From Basidiobolus meristosporus CBS 931.73 (Eukaryota; Fungi; Basidiobolomycota): a DNA stretch of 64,000 nt. Numbering within the stretch: position 1 is the stretch's first letter; every line of letters begins with the position of its first letter. The stretch lies in assembly GCA_002104905.1 (NCBI GenBank), contig MCFE01000448.1:9428-73427 (forward strand). Reading direction: 5' to 3'. A program made the translations under genes and the position numbers. This document shows positions 63,023-64,000 of the stretch, one piece after another. The notes below the pieces were generated by a model. That model did not search any database and was not told the DNA's origin. It saw only the letters and a list, made by a program, of their open reading frames with translations.

Positions 63023-64000
63023 GAGACGTGGCATAGGAGGCTAGGACACATAGGGGAACAGAAAATGAGCCAATTGGTGAAAAATCAGCTTGTTTTGGGC
63101 CTAAAATACTCAATTCTGATCAAATTGAATGTTTGTAAGGGATGTTCATATGGCAAACAAGCTAGGCAATGTTTCAAGAGATCAAAAGGCATCAATACCA
63201 CCGAAATATTGGCTATTGTACACTCAGACATATGTGGCCCCATGAGAACACTGTCCTTTGGAGCCAAGAGATACTTTATGACGTTTATTGATGACAAGAC
63301 AAGATATACATGGGTGCACTTCCTCAAAACAAAGGATGAAGCTTTAGAGACGTTTAAGCACTTCAAGAACATGGCAGAAACACAAACTGGGTGTAAATTG
63401 AAGGTACTACAAAGTGACATTGGAGGAGAATACTGCTCAAAGGAGTTTGCAAAATACTGCTTGTCTACTGGTATACTTCAACAGACCACAGTTCCTCATA
63501 CTCCACAGCAAAATGGAGTAGCAGAACGTGCAAATAGAACAATAGTAGAGATGGGAAGGTCTATGCTACATGATAAGGGAATGGACTACAAGTTTTGGGC
63601 TGAATCTGTTGCTACCGGTGTATACATCAAGAACAGATGCCCAACAACAGCACTACGTGATTTTACACCCTTTGAAGCATATACAGGCAAAAAACCAGAT
63701 CTCCAGCACCTCAGGATCTTTGGCAGTGATGTTTTTTATCACATCCCTGACAAAAAACGCTCAAAGTTGGAACCAAAGAGTAGAAAAGGGATCTTTCTTG
63801 GGTATTGTGAAGATACTAAAGGGTATAGAGTGTATGATGGCGAAATTCAGAAGCTGATCAAGAGCAGGAACATTGTATTTGATGAAAATTCAGATCAGAA
63901 AGCCACAGAAATCATTGGCCAGCTGCCTGGTGATGCAATCAACACAAATGAAGAAGATACGTACCAAATCCAGCCAGAGATGGAAGATACTTCTACCAGT
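63023..64000 (+). CDS. pol: Copia-E GAG-pre-integrase + integrase, same frame, open to the window end
   Basis: TWHRRLGH..CKGC, VHSDICGPM, FIDDKTRY, QSDIGGEY, PQQNGVAERANR. I found no stop in a manual translation. Confidence 0.85.

Larger units (their letters stand above)
61376..64000 (+). mobile_element. Ty1/copia family E element, well preserved, running off the window end; 5' LTR 61376-61744
   Basis: TGTTG..CAACA LTR, PBS GGTTAAGAGCCC at 61745-61756, then gag-PR and integrase. Inserted into a gypsy-A integrase remnant. Confidence 0.92.

Noticed and set aside
11520-64000. Classical Neurospora-type RIP (CpA to TpA)
   Set aside because: CpA remains abundant and the depleted dinucleotide is CpG.

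Overview
Eukaryotic, almost certainly fungal DNA (short 54-76 nt GT-AG introns, a Num1/ApsA homologue; an early-diverging fungus is plausible but cannot be established from sequence alone). The window has two sharply different halves. 1-~11.5 kb is a GC-rich, CpG-normal gene island with three + strand spliced genes: a Rab11/Ypt31 GTPase, a Num1/ApsA-like coiled-coil + PH protein and an ankyrin + DIL-domain protein. ~11.5-64 kb is a CpG-depleted block of nested transposons with no host genes recognised. It holds scrambled CACTA/En-Spm (Tnp2-type) remnants with an unknown companion ORF, three copies of a ~0.7 kb foldback element (long TIRs, AAT/ATT TSD), two Ty1/copia families (here D and E), a Ty3/gypsy family with 4-bp TSDs (A), solo LTRs of three families (A, B, C), and one very young 3.6 kb LTR element (44028-47644). 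That element has apparently identical 804-bp LTRs, a tRNA-Lys PBS, a PPT and a single intact, nearly CpG-free Gag+protease ORF with no RT, RNase H or integrase. Family letters are my own labels. All alignments and counts were made by eye, and the coordinates of decayed remnants are approximate.
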